A stretch of DNA of 64,000 nucleotides from Octopus sinensis. Lineage: Eukaryota. The position numbers and the translations under genes were made by a program. The stretch's first letter is position 1. Every line of letters begins with the position of its first letter. The DNA is taken from NCBI RefSeq assembly GCF_006345805.1, contig NC_043010.1:66030001-66094000 (forward strand), written 5' to 3'. Below, in pieces: positions 36,827 to 49,933 of the stretch. The notes beneath the pieces are model-generated. The model made no database searches. It had not been told where the DNA came from and was given only the letters and a program-made list of their open reading frames with translations.

Positions 36827-37534
36827 CGTATTTTTAATCATTTAAATTCTTCCTCTGAAGAAGGGACTAGTTTCTGACAAAGACACAAAAGCTCCATCAT
36901 TGAAATGTAGATAACGAAAACAACGTCACATTTTAAACCTTGAGAAACGTTTGCAATGTTTACTGTTCCGCTTACAGATTCAGTTTGTAATGTACGAGTT
37001 AGTTCATTAACTTCTTTTTCTGAAAACCCCGGCTTGTCCAGATTCTCTTAGGCATTTACTCACAAAGCTTACCGCACTAATTGTTATTGGTATAAACGTG
37101 AATTAGTAATCCGGATATAGAAGCTGGAAGTTTTGAAGTAGTTATCCATAGTTATCCTCTTTCTCCTTGGCTTTCCAAAGAGATATTCACATCAGCGGGA
37201 CAGCTGATCTCTATGACAGTATATACTGCTTCTTGTTTGTCCCAAATAACAATATCCGGCCTGTTATGCCCACACTTGACAGATGTCTCGATGGGAATGT
37301 CCCACAGCTATTCTTTGTGTCGAAGTCTATTTATTCCGGGCCATTTTCTTTTTGTCTGTCCAACATTACATATAGTTTTTGCAACCAGCATCATGTCGCA
37401 TGGGCAGGTAGTACCTTGATGACATTTTTGGACAGCTGCTAATCACGTGTGATGTCTTCCATAGAAATATGACATACAGTGATCCCTCGCTACTTCGCGG
37501 TTCAACTATCGCGGATTCACGACTTCGCGGATTT

Positions 37535-37578
<44 letters not shown>

Positions 37579-37658
37579 TAATCCAAACAAGAAAACAAAA
37601 AGACAACAACGCGAGGATGTGGAACAAATAAAGTATTATTGGACGCTCAGGAAAGAAG

Positions 37659-37694
<36 letters not shown>

Positions 37695-38275
37695 ATATAT
37701 ATATGAACGCCTAAAACTTTTCATTAAATCCATTAAAATATTAATAATAAATATTATTTCCTAGTCTAGGAACAACAAAACAAGCGTAAAATACCAAAAA
37801 AGCAAATACAGGGGTATTTGAACTTAAGACGGGCTGTGATTGGTGCAATGGAGAGAGAGACGACGAATCACAGCATTCTATTTTGTAATCTGGCCTGTGT
37901 AACAGTTAACAATCTTTATTTTTTTTTAAATCTAAAGTGTTATTGCTTAACTGTTGTCCTTGTTATTAATAGACTACTGTAATGGATGGCTTGTTACAAG
38001 GAGGGTTTTAAAAGTCCAAATACATGTTAAATAAATACTGTAAATATGGTGTCCCTACTTCGCGGATATTCAGTTATCGCGGCCGGTCTCGGAACCAATC
38101 CACCCCGATAAAGGAGGGATCACTGTAATCTACATTTTCGGTTGCATCTTGGAACTCTAAGGTTTCACCGGCTCTTTTGTTGATTAAGTATTTAGTAGCA
38201 GTTTCCTGCTTTGGGATTGCAAATGCGTGGACTTCGAAGTGTGATGTGATGCAGCGGTCACGAGTCCGAGAGAGG
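36827..38275 (-). mobile_element. RLE-type (R4/Dong-like) non-LTR retrotransposon 3' portion, split by a MITE
   Basis: Minus translation: KQETATKYLINKR..RKCRLCHISMEDITHVISSCPKMSSRYYLPMRHD..KCGHNRPDIVIWDK..TVIEISCPADVNIS..KEKEDNYG: CCHC finger plus PD-(D/E)xK-like endonuclease motifs; 3' end abuts (GATA)n. Confidence 0.8.
37477..38125. mobile_element. Tigger/pogo-type MITE
   Basis: TA-CAGTGATCCCTC ... GAGGGATCACTG-TA; subterminal CTTCGCGGA/ATCGCGG repeats. Confidence 0.85.
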
Positions 38276-38289
38276 CTTCGTTTCTATGT

Positions 38290-38873
<584 letters not shown>

Positions 38874-38929
38874 ATCGGTCATTTCATTATGCCGAACCGT
38901 TAATCCTACACATTTTTCTCTTTCCGTTT

Positions 38930-39100
38930 TGTTTTTCTTTCTCACTGCAATTTTTTTCCTCTCAATCCTCTCTGCAGAAGAGCATAGGCTCGAAACATCA
39001 AAGACTTTCCCATTCTCCCCAAGCGTGTTAAACTAATACACCTGCTTGTTGTTCCCTCACCTGTCTTTGTCTTCCGTTTTCTGTAAATTCGAACAATATA
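38930..39100 (+). repeat. Dispersed repeat with a hammerhead-like fold (copies at 19225-19335 - and 63700-63870 +)
   Basis: Shared GAAGAGCATAGGCTCGAAAC..AAAGACTTT...CACCTGTCTT(T/C)GTC. Confidence 0.75.
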
Positions 39101-39161
39101 TGTGGGATGTGTATAAGTGTATATATGTGTGTGGATATGTATATATATGTGTGTGGATATG

Positions 39162-39204
<43 letters not shown>

Positions 39205-39652
39205 ATGCGTGGGTGTGTATTTGCATTTGTTGTTAATTCGAGCATTGTGTCCCTCTATGTCTCAAAGTTAGCAGTTCATCAAGCAGAGATCTATAAAATA
39301 AATGCCCGAGGTCAGTATGATCATATAAATTTTTGAAGGTGATACCTCATCATGGCGACAGTCGAAAGACTAAACCCAGTAGACTTAATGGCTTTAAATT
39401 TAAGGCAATGGATTACTAACCACAAGATAATGAATTGAGAACTTCGTATTAGACTGCCCACTCTGTACGATAACACTATAAGTACATTCGGTCTACTTGA
39501 CTTCCAACGATTAACAATTGTAATTTGAAGTTGAATGGTTAGCAATAAAAAAAGATATCCAGATTTCTTTAAAAGTTATTGTACAAATTATTCCGAGAAA
39601 AAGTTTTTTTTCACCACAACAAAGCACACACACACACACACACGCACACACA

Positions 39653-39716
<64 letters not shown>

Positions 39717-39972
39717 ACACACACACACACAAATACAGAGGTAACTCTGAAGTAACTTGATCTACTACAAATAGCAGCCAATTCTCTCTTAAAACTCACC
39801 CTTTCATCCAAAGAAAGACACAGATTTATAGTATTTCGGGAAGAAAGGAAAAACTATGCGATGTGTCTGCTACATCAGAGGCAACTGTGGGCTTAACAAA
39901 ACACAGACAAAGATACTTCACATTAAAAGATTATCTACTAAATAATACTAATAAAGTTGATGGTATATCTTC

Positions 39973-40458
39973 TGTTGTGACGAGAGCCATTGACATCCCT
40001 GGGGGATTGGAAGAATGGACGAGCCAAACTCTTACAAAGAGTAGCGTACTGGTTGAGACGAGAGGGTCAGTAGGTGTCGTTGAGAGGTCGGTTGAGAACG
40101 CAGTGTGTTAGTTCGACGTTGAACTTGCAGCGAACCCGTAAGCTGTCGTAATGTCAGTTCTTCAAAGTACCGTGTTGGTCTCGTCACTAGAATGTAGTGG
40201 GGTTTCGATTCCCGTGCTCTCAATATATCGGATGCAGCTGGTGGTGTTTAACTAGCTAGAGGAGATGTCTTCTTGGAGTTAAGGAAAAAACCGCACTAAA
40301 GTTCGTTCGGGCGATAAAACAAGTGTGCTAACATGAGTGCTTAGTACAACGAAAAAACAAATGTACTGATAAGAGTGCTAAGTACAACGAAAAACAGGAG
40401 TGTCGTGTGCAAACGAATAACACTACGTAAAGAGTCGGGCAACAATTACGTTACAACA
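39973..40458 (+). mobile_element. 5' LTR of a Ty3/gypsy element (486 bp)
   Basis: Termini TGTTGTGACG...CGTTACAACA (9/10 inverted match), followed after 2 nt by a PBS. Confidence 0.8.
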
Positions 40459-40460
40459 TC

Positions 40461-40474
40461 TGGCAACGAGATGG
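40461..40474 (+). promoter_or_regulatory. Primer-binding site, tRNA-Ser(GCU)-like
   Basis: TGGCAACGAG-ATGG versus TGGCGACGAGGATGG, the complement of the tRNA-Ser(GCU) 3' end as recalled from memory. Confidence 0.6.
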
Positions 40475-40548
40475 CAACGGTATAAAAGTGGTGACGAAAT
40501 ATTCGAAGCTTGCGTCGGACGTAAATTTTTTTTTTTTTTTACATTAAC

Positions 40549-41445
40549 ATGGAAGATTAATTGGCTTGCGTGGTGCAGTTGCAAAAGCAACAACAACAGC
40601 AACAGCAGTTACAACAACAACAACTACAACAGCAACAACAACAATACCAACAGCTACTGGAAGTAATGATGAAGAAGTCTGAAAATGCTTCAGGTTCGTT
40701 CTCGTCAGACGGCGTAGCAAACTCAATTGGAGAATTTACTTATAACCCAGAAGGAGCTACTTTTTTCTACATATTATAGAAGGTACGAAGAAATCTTCAA
40801 AGAAGAATGTAAAAATTGGAATAACGAGAAGATGTGACTACTTTTAAGAAAGTCATCCCCTGTCGAACACGAACAATACTGTAATCATATTCTGCCGAAG
40901 AAACCAGACGAGATTTGTTTCCATGAAACAATTAAATCGTTATCGAGAATTTTCAGTGAAAGAAGTTCCCTGTTCAATACTCGGTGACAGGGTTTAAATT
41001 TAGTTTAAAAAGATGATGAAGATTACATCACCTATGCTGGGGTCGTTAACAGAGAGTGTAAAAAATTTAAACCAAGTGAATTAACCCCCGACTTGTTCAA
41101 ATGTCTAATTTTTGTTCAAGATGTAATTTCAAGAAAAGATGTTGATATACGTTCCCGTATATTAACAAAATTAGAACAGGACCAAAAATTAACTCTACAG
41201 GCAGTGGTTGAAGAATGCCAGGGATTATAAATTTAAGACATGACGCGGATAAAATTGGAGGAAATGATTGCTCAGATACATGCGTGTCGACCTGAAACGG
41301 ATAAAAAAAAAAGGAAACACGATCGTCATGACCAAATCCATGCTATGGGTGTGGAGGTTTACATTTTAGAAGTAATTATTCTTTAAAAAATTGTAAATGT
41401 TTTGAGTGTGAAAAATTGGACATAAAGGCGCGCATTGTATAGCGA
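40549..41445 (+). pseudogene. Decayed Ty3/gypsy gag with poly-Q N-terminus and two CCHC knuckles
   Basis: NSIGEFTYNPEG..YYRRYEEIFKEEC..EHEQYCNHILPKKP..FKCLIFVQD..DIRSRILTKLEQDQKLTL..PCYGCGGLH..CFECEKIGHKGAHC, with stops and frameshifts. Confidence 0.8.
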
Positions 41446-41539
41446 AACAAAAAATAGGATCAAAAAAAAAAATTATAGAAAAAATTTATTGTTAACAAAA
41501 ATTCTAAGGGAGGTTCTGTAAAGAAAATTTGTGTCCATA

Positions 41540-42103
41540 AAAATGAAGCTTTTAATCCTGACTACCTAGTTCCTACAGTGAAGCACGTCGGAGGGTCTGT
41601 GATGGTTTGGACAACCATTTCTTGGAATTCTCTTTGTCCAAACGTTGCCCTGCATGGTAGGATCTACAGCAATGATTATCTGAATATTTTGGGTAATCAA
41701 GTCCTTCCTATGGTCCGGACATAATTCCCTGATGGTGAGTGCAGCTTCTAGGATGACAATGCTCCAATACACATCACTCATGTGGTACGAAGAGTCTAGT
41801 AGTGAGCTACAACACATGGAGTGGACCCCGTCAATCTCCAGATCTTATTATTAAGCATCTGTGGTGCATCTTGGAGCGACAAGTTAGAAGTCGTTACCCT
41901 CTACCGTCGTGTCTGCAACAGCTGGAGCAGGTTTTGCAGGAAGAAAGAATAGCTCAAGATTCCTCTCAATGAAGTCAGGAAGTTGTATGAATCAATTCCT
42001 AGACACATCGAAGCCGTTCAGAAAGCTAAAGGAGGACCTACTCCATATCAAATAAATATTCATTGAATTTAACACGTGTTCCAATTGTTTTGTCCAAATC
42101 TTG
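41540..42103 (+). mobile_element. Tc1-type transposon 3' half with right TIR
   Basis: VPTVKHVGGSVMVW...DDNAPIH...IKHLWCILERQV..YESIPRHIEAVQKAKGGPTPY; terminal GTGTTCCAATTGTTTTGTCCAAATCTTG-TA. Confidence 0.8.
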
Positions 42104-42432
42104 TATATACATATATCTACACACACACACCACACACACACACACACACGCACACACAGACACACACACACGCACACACACGGCCATATATCGTATGAAC
42201 AAAACAGGTTATGTGAGTATTAGATTTACGTAAGTCTTCACAGACTTAACGGTCATCAGATGTATCTGATAATGTTTGAGACAGTCTTTTTGTCAATTTT
42301 TTTTCTGCGCCGTGTCGTTAAATCTGACACTATTTCACTTCTTCCTCTCTGATTTTCTTCTCTTTTTCTTTCAAGTCTTCTGCTTCACCCCTTTTGAATC
42401 TCTCCCTCTTTTTATTTCAATGTCTCCCATTC

Positions 42433-42481
<49 letters not shown>

Positions 42482-42537
42482 ATAATCAATATCTTTCCAG
42501 TTTTTTCCCTTTCGTCCCACCACTATATACTCTTTTT

Positions 42538-42946
42538 TAACTCTTTTACTTGTTTCAGTCATTTGACTGCGGCCATGCTGGAGCACCGCCTTTAATCGAG
42601 CAACTCGACCCCAGGACTTATTCTTTTGTAAGCCCAGTACTTATCATATCGGTCTCTTTTGCCGAACCGCTAAGTAACGGGGACATAAACACACTAGCAG
42701 CGATTGCCAAGCAATGCTAGGGGGACAAACACAGACACACAAACATATACACACACATACACATATATACATATACATATATACGACAGGCTTCTTTCAG
42801 TTTCCGTCTACCAAATCCACTCACAAGGCATTGGTCGGCCCGGGGCTATAGCAGAAGACACTTGCCCAAGATGCCACGCAGTGGGACTGAACCCGGAACC
42901 ATGTGGTTGGTTAGCAAGCTACTTACCACACAGCCACTCCTGCGCC
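42538..42946 (-). mobile_element. SINE family A, full length, low divergence
   Basis: Complete consensus, reverse complement. Confidence 0.9.
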
Positions 42947-43048
42947 TATATCTAGCTTTTTCCTTCTCTCGCTTTTACCCTTATCCACCATCACTATCTC
43001 TGCACGTTCTCTTGTCCTCGTTCACTTCCATCAGCTCTTTCTCTCTCT

Positions 43049-43086
<38 letters not shown>

Positions 43087-43877
43087 CTTTCTATCTATAT
43101 AGCTTTCTTTCGCTTTATACGTATATCTTTCTGTTTCTTTCTCTTCTCATTTCAATCTTCTTTTCTTTTTTCCTTCTCACTCACTCAATGTTTCTTTCAT
43201 TAGTTTGTCTTCTTTTTCTCTCAACCCCAGTCCTCCTGTTCCTCCTCCACCTCCTCCTCCTCTTCCGCTTTTCTCACCACTTTCAAATAACTCTAACCTC
43301 TTTTTAGCTTCTTCCGTATTTTTTTTCCGTCCCTAAAAACTAACAATGACCAGGTAAACACATCAACAAACAACTACACTAAAAACGAAAGTCAAGAAAC
43401 AAATGAAAACCAACCCCCATCACTACCACCATATTGTTGCAGTTCTTTTGTTGTTATTTTATCGCACAAGACAGAGAGAAAAAGAATGGCTTTATGTCCC
43501 AAGAAGGGAATTTCTCATGAATTATTTACAGAAGCCATATCAATAGCAATCATTTTCTCACATGAATTTCCAAGAGAGAACTGGACGAGAAGATGAGAGG
43601 CCTTTATACTCGATTGAACTTCTACCTTAGTAAAAATGACGGATCTTTTCACTTTGACCGGCAGATTTTTAAAATAATTTCTTTGTAACTAAACACTTTT
43701 AAACTTCGTATACTGGTAGATTGTGTCACATAAAACATCTTTTTCTCTTGGCGTTCTTGAGAAAATTCTGTAGTTTGTAAGCTATTTCTTGTTTAATTTC
43801 TCGTATTTCGGCAATTTCGACCAATCAATGACGTCTATTGAGGTGAATACAATAACTGCTGTTTATTTCGCCGATCA

Positions 43878-44090
43878 GGCGGCGAGCTGGCTGAATCGTT
43901 AGCACGCCGGACAAAATGTTTAGCAGCATTTTTCTGGCTTTACATTCCGAGTTCAAATTCCGCAGAGATCAACTTTGCATTTCATCCTTGCAGGGGTTTC
44001 ATAAAATAAAGTACCAGCTAAAAACTGGATCTATGTTTGCGACTAGTCCCACCCCTACAGAATTTCAGGCCTTGCTCCTTTTGTAGAAAG
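43878..44090 (+). mobile_element. SINE family B
   Basis: GGCGGCGAGCTGGCTGAATCG head, GAGTTCAAATTCC B box. Confidence 0.75.
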
Positions 44091-44646
44091 AAATATGTTT
44101 TGCCCATCCCGCAGTAGAGATAAATGGCGCGGCTTCAGTGATATTTGAACCTGGAATGGAGAGAGGCGAAAAAGAATAAACAATGTACAAGTGCGGCGTT
44201 TCTATAAAATAAAGTTGGAAATTGTCTAAAACGCCAAAACCCGTAATTTCCTTGGATGTGTTTGTTTTAACCATTACGGTTTACCACTTTGCAACAACAA
44301 CAACAACAACAAAAATGATTTTGCGAAATTGTTCAGTTTGACTTGAAAATTCTGTTTTAAACACCTGAAATTATGATTCTTTAAAAATATAACTTCCTAA
44401 ATCTAAAAAGGCTTCTTTAAGAAATGGGTGAAACTGGAATATTCCGGTGGAGAGGGGAAGAAAGAGGTTACAATCAAATCCTCCCGTTTTTCTTTTTTCA
44501 TTACACACACACACAATCTGTGATACTTAAAAAATATACATCCGAAGACGTTCTGGCTTTCGGCGCAGTCATGGCTGTCTGGTGAGAAGTTTGCTTCCCA
44601 AACACAATAGTTCCAGATTAAGTCCTACTGCGTGGCACTTTGTGTA

Positions 44647-45160
44647 CCGTAAATCCTCGAGTATAATCCGCATTTTCCCCAAAAAATTTAACGGTCAAAA
44701 TACCTGGTGCGTACTATATACGAGGTTAAAAATGAAAATTATTTTCTAAACAATGTCCGAGTCTCTAATTGCTGTCCAGCAATGTTTATTCAGACACATT
44801 TTGTAATATCGTACACGAAAATAATTTAAGCTAAGCCTGAAAGCAATGAAGTCCTAAAAGAATCATCCATAACTTGCAGTAAGCAACATTTATTAAACGT
44901 TATTACTGTTATTTCTTTATTTTCTGCAAACAAAATGCACAAAAAAGCTACATGTTTGCATTATGTTATATATATACAATAATAATAAAGGACGTTACAG
45001 TATACATTTTTACAAACCAAGGACGTCATATAGACCTCCTTGACTCAAGTTAGAGAAGGGGTGCGTATTATACACAAGGGTTAAGTTTTTCAGAGGTACA
45101 GCCCCCTAAAAATCCCCTGCGTATTATACTCAAGGGCAGACTATACTCGAGGATTTACGG
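44647..45160. mobile_element. Pogo/Tigger-like MITE nested in a degraded SINE A
   Basis: Perfect 19-bp TIR CCGTAAATCCTCGAGTATA, TA TSD, subterminal GCGTATTATAC repeats; SINE A head at 44560-44644 resumes at 45163. Confidence 0.9.
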
Positions 45161-45464
45161 TAGTTATCTGCTATTATAACCCCGGATTGACTAAGGTCTT
45201 GTGAGTGGATTTGCTAGAAGGAAACTGAAAAAAATAAGTACTAGGATAGACTCATTTGACTAAAAGGCTTCATGGTGATACCCCACCATGACATGAGTTC
45301 AATGATTGCAATACGTAAAAAAATAAAAGTATAACTGGGAAATTTCCGACTCTCTTGAACGAGACTTCCTAAAAATCTTGATACTCAAGTTGAACTTCCC
45401 GATGTTGAATCAACTATATTACATACGAAATAAAGAGAATAATCTTCGAGGATAAACGTTCCTA

Positions 45465-45630
45465 CTATAGGCACAAGGCCTGAAGTTTCAGGGGAACGGG
45501 TTAACTGATTACACCGACCCCAGTGCTCAACCAGTTCTTATTTTATCGACTTCCAAAGGACGACAGGCAAAGTCAACCTCGGCAGAATTTGAACGAAGAA
45601 CGTAAAGATGGGCGAAATGCTTAGCAGCAT
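45465..45630 (-). mobile_element. SINE family B, degraded
   Basis: Reverse complement of the core and alternative tail. Confidence 0.6.
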
Positions 45631-45790
45631 TTATTCAGTTCACATGATCTAACAGCACTTGGACATCTTCCTGGTGCGGCCAGAGAATAAAGGTGTCAAC
45701 ATATCGCAGCCATAGGGTTGGTTTTAGTGGTGTTGATCCTAAAGCCAAGTTCTCAAAGTATTCTATGTATATATTGACTATTATCGGCGA

Positions 45791-46741
45791 CTAGCAGCAT
45801 AGCCCGGCGTTGCCCGGGTATGTAAGAGCCCCTAGTAGGCAACGACTAATCCCAATGTAGTCCTTTCCCTCTAGGGAACGAAGGCGCATGTGTAGGTTGC
45901 AATGTCTTCTCTTCACTCGAATACTTCTGTGTATACGATGTTCCTAGCTGTCCCTTTGGGCGAAAACATGAAAACATCATTGTGCCTCCCAACGCGTGAA
46001 CAGCCCACATAGAGTTGACCGTGGGCGAAGCATTGTTCGCCCAACTGTAACCCAGCGACTTGTAGCGTTTGGCCTTGGGATTTATTGATGGACATTGCGA
46101 AGCAGAGTTTAACAGGAAACTGAGAACGCTTGAAGAGGATTGGTAGGTCAGCGCCCGACGGTTGAAGGTGCATGCGTGGAATGAAGACATCCTCTCCCTT
46201 CCCACAACCGGTAAGTATTGCGGCCGTTATTAAATGTGGTGGCAAATGTTTCACTACCAGACGTGTGCCGTTGCACTGTTTAGGTGGAACCAAATTCCTG
46301 ATGAGCATAATGGGCGCACCGACTTTTAACTTCAGGATGTGTGGCGGCAGGCCTGGCGGTTCAAGTGAATTCAGAAATTCAACAGGATAATCGGCAAGTT
46401 CGGCGGGGTCTGCTGTCCTATCTATAGATTTGTAGACGTGGACATCACCAGGAATAGCTTCAAGTAGCTGGATATTGATGAGTTGAGAGTTAAAAAGATC
46501 GAGTTGCGTCCCCTAGACAGTCTGTGGTTTGTGTTTCTGATTCTCGACACCATGTCGAATTTATCGATTTTTTTCAGAACTGGGGAAATTTTTCAAAATT
46601 TTCGCTGCGTTAGTTTTGAATTATGACATTGGGCTATGTGTGTGTCAAGTTTCATCAGAATCGGTTGAAAGCCGTGGTCAGGGTGAGGGTACAACCTGAC
46701 AGACACACAGACAGACAAACTGTCGTTTATATATAGAGAGA
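45791..46741 (-). mobile_element. Complete non-autonomous Helitron (951 bp)
   Basis: Minus strand A|TC... start at 46741; 3' hairpin CCCGG-N6-CCGGG (45803-45818) just before CTAG|T. Confidence 0.9.
45913..46512 (-). pseudogene. Helitron RepHel PIF1-helicase C-terminal fragment, 199 uninterrupted codons
   Basis: YPVEFLNSLEPPGLPPHILKLKVGAPIMLIRNL..CNGTRL..FPVKLCFAMSINKSQGQTL..FAHGQLYVGCSRV (SF1 motifs V/VI); frame open from the stop at 46513-46515. Confidence 0.9.
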
Positions 46742-47040
46742 TAATGGCGAACCCATAGCTAAACCTTCTTCTTGCCAGGTAAAGCGATTTCAAATTTCCT
46801 CCCATTCAGATTCCACCCTCCGCCCCCGATATCTTGAAATCGCTCTCAGATTACCACCGGGAGTAATTTGAAATTGATTTCAAGTTATGCCCTACGATTT
46901 CAGATTACCCCCACCCAAAATACTCCCCCAAATGTTCGTCACCGAAGTAGCAAATATGAGAATCATTATTATGTTTATTATCATCATTTATTTTCTGCAA
47001 CTTACTTAACTTAAAAATATAATTGCTAAAAAGTATAATT

Positions 47041-47400
47041 AACAAGAGCACCTGGAGAGAGCAAACCTCCGCCAATGCAACGCAAACTTCCTCTCAACGA
47101 TTAACCGGAGATTATTATTAAAATGAGAATATCTTAACATAAACTCGACCGCTCTCACGAACGAGAATACTAAATGAACCCGACCGCTCTCAAAAATTAA
47201 ATAAATAAAAAAAGGAAAAATAATCCAGAATCCTTGTCCGGTACCGGATCGATCCCAAAATCAGTTCGTGCCAGTCACGATGCCAAACATCCCTGAAAGT
47301 TTCATCCGAATCCATCCAGTGGTTCTTGAGATATTTTGTACATGGACAAACAAACAAACAAACAAACGCGACTGAAAACAGTACCTTAAAGCGGAGGTAT
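47041..47400 (-). mobile_element. Helentron-associated non-autonomous element (HINE/DINE-like)
   Basis: Subterminal inverted ACCTCCGC (47065) / GCGGAGGT (47391), (CAAA)n microsatellite, AAAGTTTCATCCGAATC motif, no TSD. Confidence 0.6.
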
Positions 47401-47523
47401 ACACCAGCATGCCTGGTCGCTACCTCAGAGGTAAGGGAGATAACTCTGAAAATCAAATTGTTTTTAAAATTAAATGCAGGCGTAGTGGGAAGTGTGTCCG
47501 ATGTATCGTCTCGTGTGTGTGTA

Positions 47524-47582
<59 letters not shown>

Positions 47583-48187
47583 GTGTGTGTGTGCATGTTT
47601 GGACCCAGACTATCACCATCAATCGCTGCTACAAACAGCACCACCTTCACGAGACAAGAAAGCCTCTACATGTCACTCGATCTACTAAAAATAGCAGTCA
47701 AATCTCACTCAAACCGCTTTCTACCGTCTTAAAAAAAGGGAGGCGCTGGGGAACACGTTGAACATTGTAATTCTGGAGATTATAATAATTTTCGGGAAAT
47801 GGTCATGGCTAACATATTTTCAATCTGAGGTTTTCTCGATCGGGCCTGAAAATGAGTTGGAAACAATAACATCGCCGACCACCACCACCACCACCACAGC
47901 TACGGCTATTACCGATCATTGTTACACCACCACCACAACAACAACCACAACCACCACCACCACCACCACCACAACAACAGCAACAACAACCACAACTGCC
48001 ACTAATATCATCATCATCATTATCTGCACAAGCCAAGTTCTCACCAGTAAACTCGACTATACAATAAGGAAGTGAACTATTTGTTTCGTCTCTATAATTC
48101 ACACACATACACACACACAGAGGTAGGTCGGTGGGTATGTAGGTAAGTAGGTAGGTAAGTAGGTAGATAGGTAGGTAGGTAGGTAGG

Positions 48188-48223
<36 letters not shown>

Positions 48224-48352
48224 TAGGTTGACAGGTAGATAAATACACGCACATACATATACATGTATAAACAAATATACATTTACACATACACGTACAT
48301 GAATACGTGCATATATGCATATATATGCATGAAAATGTGTATGTATATGTTG

Positions 48353-48391
<39 letters not shown>

Positions 48392-48795
48392 TTATAATGT
48401 GTGTGTGTGTATACATAATAATAATAATATTAGGGAGTATAGCTCCAAACTTACAAGGAAAAATTCGATTACGTATTAAATCAAATTTCACAGTATAAAT
48501 ATATAAAATATGAATTAGAGATAAAATCACTGTTATGCAACTCAAACAGGGATAGACATAAACCAATACATAAATAACAAATAATATTAGTTGCTTATTT
48601 ATTTAACTATTATCATTAACCTGAAGATTGACTATAATTTTAGTTTGAATCTATTTCAATTGAATTTAAACTTAATTGTAATTCGAATTTAAGTATAGCC
48701 ATGAAACGTACGTACTGGTTTTACTTATATTATATTTATCATTCTTTTTATACTTGTTGAAAAAAAAAGTTATATTATATATATATATATTATAT

Positions 48796-49474
48796 GCCCT
48801 TCATGAAAATTAACATGCCAAAATTTTCATCAGACAAGGACGATTTCTTGGCACTTAAGATGTCCTTGCCCATGGAAAATACACGTTCAGTTGCTGCACT
48901 GGAAGGGATGTATTGAACTTGATGAACAACTCCACTAACACTTGCTCACTCAAGAAGGCAGCATCTGTCAGTAGATCTTTAGAGTTGGTCTCCAACCTGG
49001 TCTTTACTAAATTCTGGGCCTTGTCCTTCAGTGACCTGTGGCTTCCGATCTCTTTTTGTTGGGTGACACTACTGAAAAAGTCATCCTCCACCTCTTCATT
49101 GTTGCCGCCCACTTCCTCAGACTGCCGTCTCGTGGCCTCCTCAACGTTATCCTCCATGCTTCTCTTCGCTTTGGTGAACTTGGTGTTGTCATACCTATCC
49201 AACCAGACGAGGCGAAACCTGGTGTGGAAGGCAGCAGCCAGTTTGCATTCCACATCATCCAGGAGGGTCGTAAATCTTTTGTCGATGTCTCCCAAAACTG
49301 CGTCGACCAAGGGGCCAAAACTGCATCGACCAAGGGGCTGCAGTAGACGAGTTTGGGATTAACGGACTTAAGTTAACGGAAGTTAATTAGTCCGATAATG
49401 ATTTTCAAAGCTAAATCGTTAATGGAAATGTTAACTTCGTTAATTAACGATTAACATACTTGCGCCCAGCTCTG
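48796..49474 (-). mobile_element. Internally deleted hAT element: terminus joined to transposase C-terminus
   Basis: LFIKFNTSLP[frameshift]SAATERVFSMGKDILSAKKSSLSDENFGML dimerisation-domain motif; end (rc) CAGAGCTGGGC with GTTAAC/TTAACG subterminal repeats. Confidence 0.75.
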
Positions 49475-49487
49475 TATGTGTGTGGTG

Positions 49488-49520
<33 letters not shown>

Positions 49521-49933
49521 TATATATAAATGGGGGGAGACCGGATGGGATTACGTACGTAAAGGCTTTAGTTTTATAGCGTATCGTCAGATCCCAAAAA
49601 CTTGTTGGCCCATGGAATGTGTGTGTGTATGTATGTATGTATGTATGTACATTCATACATACATACATACATACATACATACATACATACATGCATACAT
49701 ACATACATGCATGCACACGTGCATACGTACGAACGTGTGTAAGTATATGTATTTCACTGGTTCCCAGACTTGTTTTACACGCGTCACACTTCAAAGCAAA
49801 ATAGAAAGAAGTCGGTGCATTAAGGCAATAAAGTAAAACAAAAAAATTGCACTAACAAAAGGGTATTCATATATTTTAACCAATAACTATATGTAATTTT
49901 AACTGCAAAAAATTATCGAGTATTAAGTTCTTT

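Noticed and set aside
40561-40779. Poly-Q ORF as a host gene
   Set aside because: It is the start of the frameshifted gypsy gag, downstream of an LTR and PBS.
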